A stretch of DNA of 64,000 nt from Thecamonas trahens ATCC 50062 (Eukaryota > Protista > Apusomonadida). The position numbers were made by a program, and so were the translations under genes. The DNA lies in assembly GCF_000142905.1 (NCBI RefSeq), contig NW_013657676.1:1-64000 (forward strand). The letters run 5' to 3'. The notes below the pieces were generated by a model. The model was not told the DNA's origin. It saw only the letters and a program-made list of their open reading frames with translations, and did not search any database. Below, in pieces: positions 59,501 through 64,000 of this stretch (positions are counted from its first letter, which is position 1; every line of letters starts with the position of its first letter).

Positions 59501-60598
59501 TCCATCCAGGCTGCCTTCCGGGGCCACCGTGCTCGTCGCGAGGCCAACGCTCGTCGTCGCATTCACCGCGAGCAGCCTCCGGCCTATCCCCGGACCCACT
59601 CGCAGCCCCACTCTCGGTCGCGGTCCCACTCTCGGTCGCGGTCCCGCTCTCGGTCGCGGTCTCGCTCTCGGTCGCGGTCCCGCTCTCGGTCGCGGTCCCG
59701 CTCTCGGTCGCGGTCGCGGTCGCCAACCCACTCTCCGCAGCGTCCCAAGTCCCGGTCCCGCTCTCGGTCGCGGTCGCGGTCGCCAACCCACTCTCCACAG
59801 CGTCCCAAGTCCCGGTCCCGCTCGCTTTCGCGGTCACGGTCGCGGTCACGGTCGCGGTCCCGCTCGCCGTTGCACCAAAAATCGCAGTCTCGCTCGCGGT
59901 CTCACTCGCGGTCTCACTCGCGGTCTCGCTCACGGTCCCAATCACGGTCTCACTCTCCCACGCACCCAAAGTCGCGGTCCCGCTCGCACTCGCGGTCCCG
60001 ATCCCGGTCCCGCTCGGGCTCGGGCTCGCGTTCGGGTTCGCGCTCTCCCCCCCTCGCCGCCGCGCGCACCCGTGGCGCCGCCCGGAGCCGGGGTCGGGGA
60101 CGCGGACGCACTCGCGGCCGCGGTCGAGGCCGGGGACGTGGGCGTGGGCGTGCCTCACCAACCGCCGGCGGACATGCCCAGGCAGACATCGAAGGCGACA
60201 CCAACGGCGATGGCGTGCTCTCGCCTGCCGAGGAGCGCGCCGCCCGCCGTGCCCGGATCAAGGAGCGCCGCGAAGCTCGCCTTGCCGCCCGATCGCAGGA
60301 AAGCATCAACCGCTCGGCGTCTCCTCCTCGGTCCCGATCCCGGTCCCGATCCCGGTCCCGATCCCGCTCGCGCTCGCACTCGCGCTCGCGCTCCCACTCG
60401 CGCTCCCGATCCCGGTCGGACTCCCGATCCCGGTCAGGCTCCCGATCCCGGTCAGGCTCCCACTCATCCGCTGGACCGCGCTCCCGTGTCCGCGCCCGGA
60501 CTCGCGGGCGTGGTCGTGGTGGCGCGCGGGCTCGTGGACGTGTCCGCGGACGTGGTCGCGTGCGCGGCTCTGGCCGCGGGCGGACCCGGGTCTATTGA
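56512..60598 (+). CDS. Long coiled-coil protein with RS and RG repeats, IQ motif and EF-hand-like loop; two apparent 1-nt frameshifts
   Basis: ORFs 56667-58205 and 58202-60598 are continuous in character (heptad coiled coil); [11 protein letters not shown]; [12 protein letters not shown]. The ATG at 56512 joins via +1 G at ~56551-54 (inferred); second break at ~58187-58202. Confidence 0.6.
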
Positions 60599-60684
60599 GC
60601 AGCATCGCCTGAAAACTAGGATAAAACAAGTTGGCTATGTACTGGTGTGCCGTTCATTTTGTGGCGTACGTAGTCCGTTGGTGG

Positions 60685-63391
60685 TTAGGCGGTGTGCTCC
60701 ACGCACGGCAGCGAGAGGATCTTGTCGGCTAGCGCCTGCGTGGCCTCATCGAGCGGGTTGAAGCCACGCGCGCGGCGCGAGAGGACTGCACAGTCGTGAG
60801 CCCACGCATCGCGGTCCTCAACTGAGCCGCAGTGGATGTCGATGGTCTTCTTCTTGACCAGATTGATGATGCGGAATTGCTCCGGCGAAAGGTCCGGTGC
60901 CGCCGAGGCGTCGACGACCACCATCTTGGCAGCCGGGATCATGCCCTTGAACGCCACAGAGTTGACCTTTTTGGACTCGCCGTACACGAGCATATCCGAG
61001 AAGAGGAAGAAGACACGGGCCTGCATCTTGCCCTTGGACACCTTGTTCATCGAGCCCTCGCGTACAAAGATGCGGTCGCGCGAGGCGAGCGACTTTTTGC
61101 AGTCGCACTTGGAGAGCGAGCCCTGAATGGCGAGCACCTTGCGCATGTTCTCCTTTCTCTCCTCACCCTCGATCTGGAGCTTGGCGAGCGTCGGGTCGAG
61201 CTCGCCGCTCGCCGCCGGCGCCGACGGGCCGGCGCCGTCGGCGCTGCTGCTGGAGGTCGGCGCCGCCGCCGTTGATGCGCCCGACGTTGCGCTTACGATT
61301 TGGGGGCGAACGCCCGCGGCCCGGCTCGCCTCGAGCTCGTCGAGGATGGGGAACATGCGGGCGAGGGCTGCAGCGTGGTCCGCCGGCGCCGCGCCGGAAG
61401 CGTACTCCTCGAGCTCGGCCCGCGACTGCACAAAGTGGGCGACGAGTGCCGCCCGCTCGCGCGGCGCGTCGATAAACAGGCTGTCGTGCGCGTGAAAGTC
61501 CTCGCCAACCGTCGAGGCCTGGGTGAGGAAAGTCTTCATCCGCGGAATGTTAGCCTGGATAAACTCGTTCATCGGCGCCATGTACGGTTCCTTGGGCCCA
61601 AACTCGGCGAGGTTCGCCAGGTTCTGCACCGTCTTGGAAATGAGGGTCAGCGTCCGCGACGTCGACGCGTCCGGGTGGTCTTTGGCGAGCTCAAAGAGCT
61701 TCGGTCCCAGAATTGCTGCACAGAAGAGCCGGAGGAAGAGAAAGCCCGAGACTGCAGTGTACGGCGCCACCGCATCGTCCGGGAACCTCGCCACCACGGC
61801 CTCGCGCATCGACTCGAAAACAACCTGCAGCGTCGTCGGCAGTGCGTCGATCGACCGAAAGATCTCGTCGACTGCCGTGGCTGCGTACGTCTTGAGCCGG
61901 GCCCAGTTGCCCTCGAGCTCAGCTTCGCTCTCGAGCCGGGTTGGGTCGACCTCGGCCGACTCGGACGATGAGTAGATCGACTGAATGAGGGTACCGAGCG
62001 TGGCGTGAAGGTAAGGCAGCGCCACCATCTGCATGTACAGGTCCAGCGCCTTGGTTGCAATCGAGTTGCCACGGAAGAGGACCGTCGCCTGCGGCGTGCT
62101 CTCGATTTCCGCAACAGTCAGCGCTTGCAGCAGCTCGACCGTCTCGTCGTAGCCCTCGCCCTCGTACAACCGGATGAGGTGGTAGGCCACGTCATGCCGC
62201 TCCTTGGTCACCGCCGCCAGCGCCTGCAGCGCCGCCAGCTCGTGCCCGCGCAGCTCTTTGGTGAAGAGCGCATAGTGCTCGAGCGGCAGGATCTCCTCTT
62301 CCTTGTAGTGGAGCTTGAGCCGAATCGAGCCAAGTGCTGCCGAGCCCATGGCTGCCGCGTCGTCGTCGTCGCCGTCGCCGTCGACGGCCGAGGACGAGAC
62401 ATGCGATGTGAGAGTGAACCACTCGTCGTAGGTGTAGCCCGGCTCGAGCTCGTCAAGGAAGAGCGTGACCACGCCCATAAAGTCGTTCTGCGACATCTTG
62501 TCGTGGTCCCAAACCGAGACAATGACCTGCTTTGACGCCTCCATGTCCTCAACCGAGAACTCGATGGCCAGCTCCTCGTCAAAAATCGGGTCGAGCGTCT
62601 TGGCCTGCACGCCCGTCTTCACCTTCTTTCCGGCGAACTTGAGCTTGACGTACGGGTCCGACAGCCCGTTGGCGTCCTTGGCCGCCAGCCCGGCCCAGCC
62701 ACCACCTCGATGGAGATCTTGCCGGGTATCGGGTCGTCCGGCTCCTGATATGTGACTCGCAGATGGAGCTCGCCCGAGACAAATGGCTGGTTGGACGCCG
62801 ACGGGTCGTCGAGCGGGTACCACTGCTCGTGGACACGCTCGTGCGCCACCGAAGCCAACGGGATCTTGACCTGTCCGATGATCTCATCCTTGCCCTTGTC
62901 CTCATCCCAGACCTGAACTGTCAGCTCGCTCGAGCCAGGCGCCACCTCCAGATCATACTCTTCACCGTAGAACGGGTTCAACTCCTTGTACACCGTCTTG
63001 GTCCGCACGTTACGCCCGGCACCAATGCCCGAGACCACCACATACGGATCCGACGACCGAGTCACTACACCCACACCACCCACACCACCCACACGTGAGC
63101 ACCATACTCCCTCCTCACACACACCTCTTGTTGCATCTGTGTACTTTGTAGTTGTAGCCGTAGTTGCTGTTGCCTCTACCACGTCATGCCCGCACACCAC
63201 TGACGACGTTGCGGGGCAAAGAACAGCACGATCGTTGCAGGCAACCAGCACGCACCCCCTCCCCCCCCCTCTCCCCCCTCCTCTCCTCTTCTTCCCTTCC
63301 TCGCCCACGTACGCCTGTCTGCAATCTTCAGCTCCTTGCATTCACACACGCGAAGATACAGCGAGTGCTCCACCTGCAGCTCAACAGCCAT
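60685..63391 (-). CDS. GAP1-family RasGAP (C2-C2-RasGAP-PH; RASA2/3/RASAL1-like), exons 63391-63313 and 63064-60685; one apparent 1-nt frameshift
   Basis: SDPYV..RTKTVYKELNPFYGE (C2A); GLAAKDANGLSDPYV (C2B); LFRGNSIATK arginine finger; VSGFLFLRLF..AILGPKLF; LISKTVQNLAN; PH (FFLFSDMLVY). Phase-1 intron GTACGT..TAG; break at ~62689-62696. Confidence 0.9.
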
Positions 63392-63511
63392 GGTATACAA
63401 TCAATGATGTGGAGTGTTGACTGATACGGCAAAGTGGGTGTGCCCCCCCTCCCCTTCCCCCCCTCCCTCCTCTTCTTCACCACCTCGGGACAACACTCCT
63501 CCCCGCCGAGT

Positions 63512-64000
63512 ATGGCGGAGTCTACCATCAACACGTACAATATCCGTGATGTGGATGTGCGCTTTCCATTCTCTGCATACCCATGTCAGTTGGTGTACAT
63601 GGAAAAGGTCATTGAGGCCTTGCAGAACGTATGTGCCTCCCCTCCCCATCCTGACCACCACCCCGACCACCGCCACCACCCCGACCACCGCCACCACACC
63701 GCCACCAACCCGTCCACCTACACTACCTCCGACCACCCCAACCACCCCCATTATTCAAACCCTAATCTTGGCCACCACCTCCACCATCTCCACCTCCCCT
63801 TGCTTCGCATCAACAGCCCCTCCCCCCCCCCCCCCACCTCCCCACCCTTTGTCAATGACCCGAAAAAGGTCGCAGTTCTCACCCCCCCCACCTCACCCCC
63901 TCCTCCCTCCCACAGAAGTCAAACGCGCTCCTCGAATCACCCACCGGCACCGGTAAGACACTGTGTCTACTGTGCGCATGCCTGGGCTGGCTAGAGGCTG
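63512..64000 (+). CDS. RTEL1: 5' end of an RTEL1-like (XPD/FANCJ family) Fe-S DNA helicase; exons 63512-63628 and 63916->64000 (runs off the window)
   Basis: [24 protein letters not shown] | [25 protein letters not shown] (Q motif + Walker A); phase-0 intron GTATGT..CAG. Confidence 0.8.

Noticed and set aside
6883-62696. Tiny introns as the explanation for the frame breaks
   Set aside because: Where family motifs span the break they run continuously, leaving no removable sequence, and no consistent GT-AG pairs flank the sites.
5906-63391. Apparent signalling gene cluster (PDE, RhoGEF, PLC, 5'-nucleotidase, RasGAP)
   Set aside because: Interspersed with unrelated housekeeping genes; signalling families are abundant in protists; no evidence of functional clustering.

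Overview
GC-rich, gene-dense, intron-poor eukaryotic genomic DNA from a flagellated protist. CEP162, GT-AG spliceosomal introns and the signalling repertoire support this; an apusomonad such as Thecamonas would fit, but that is only an impression. About 23 protein-coding genes are present: an ankyrin-FERM-LRR protein, a bacterial-type alpha/beta hydrolase, a metallo-beta-lactamase/cNMP-binding phosphodiesterase (Dictyostelium PdeD/PdeE type), ABHD18, DNAJC17, a DH-PH RhoGEF, a giant type-I surface protein with tandem DOMON, CUB and an unrecognised repeated domain, CEP162, a nucleotidyltransferase/LRR/WD40 fusion head-to-head with a plant-type LRR multipass receptor, ZCCHC8, a bacterial-type cupin, SRRD, a PH-less PI-PLC, a TMEM53-like protein, a 5'-nucleotidase, a tweety-like membrane protein, an RS/RG-rich IQ protein, a GAP1-family RasGAP and the start of RTEL1. 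There are two assembly gaps. Four observations stand out. (1) About 14 reading-frame breaks all need exactly one extra base at a homopolymer run; this is probably sequencing error but is testable. (2) A hairpin-rich 1.5 kb segment with no recognisable ORF is bounded by an exact 15-bp direct repeat. (3) The NTase-LRR-WD40 gene and the LRR multipass receptor form a divergent pair. (4) The surface protein carries multiple putative heme-binding DOMON domains. All family calls come from motif recognition by eye; no searches were run.
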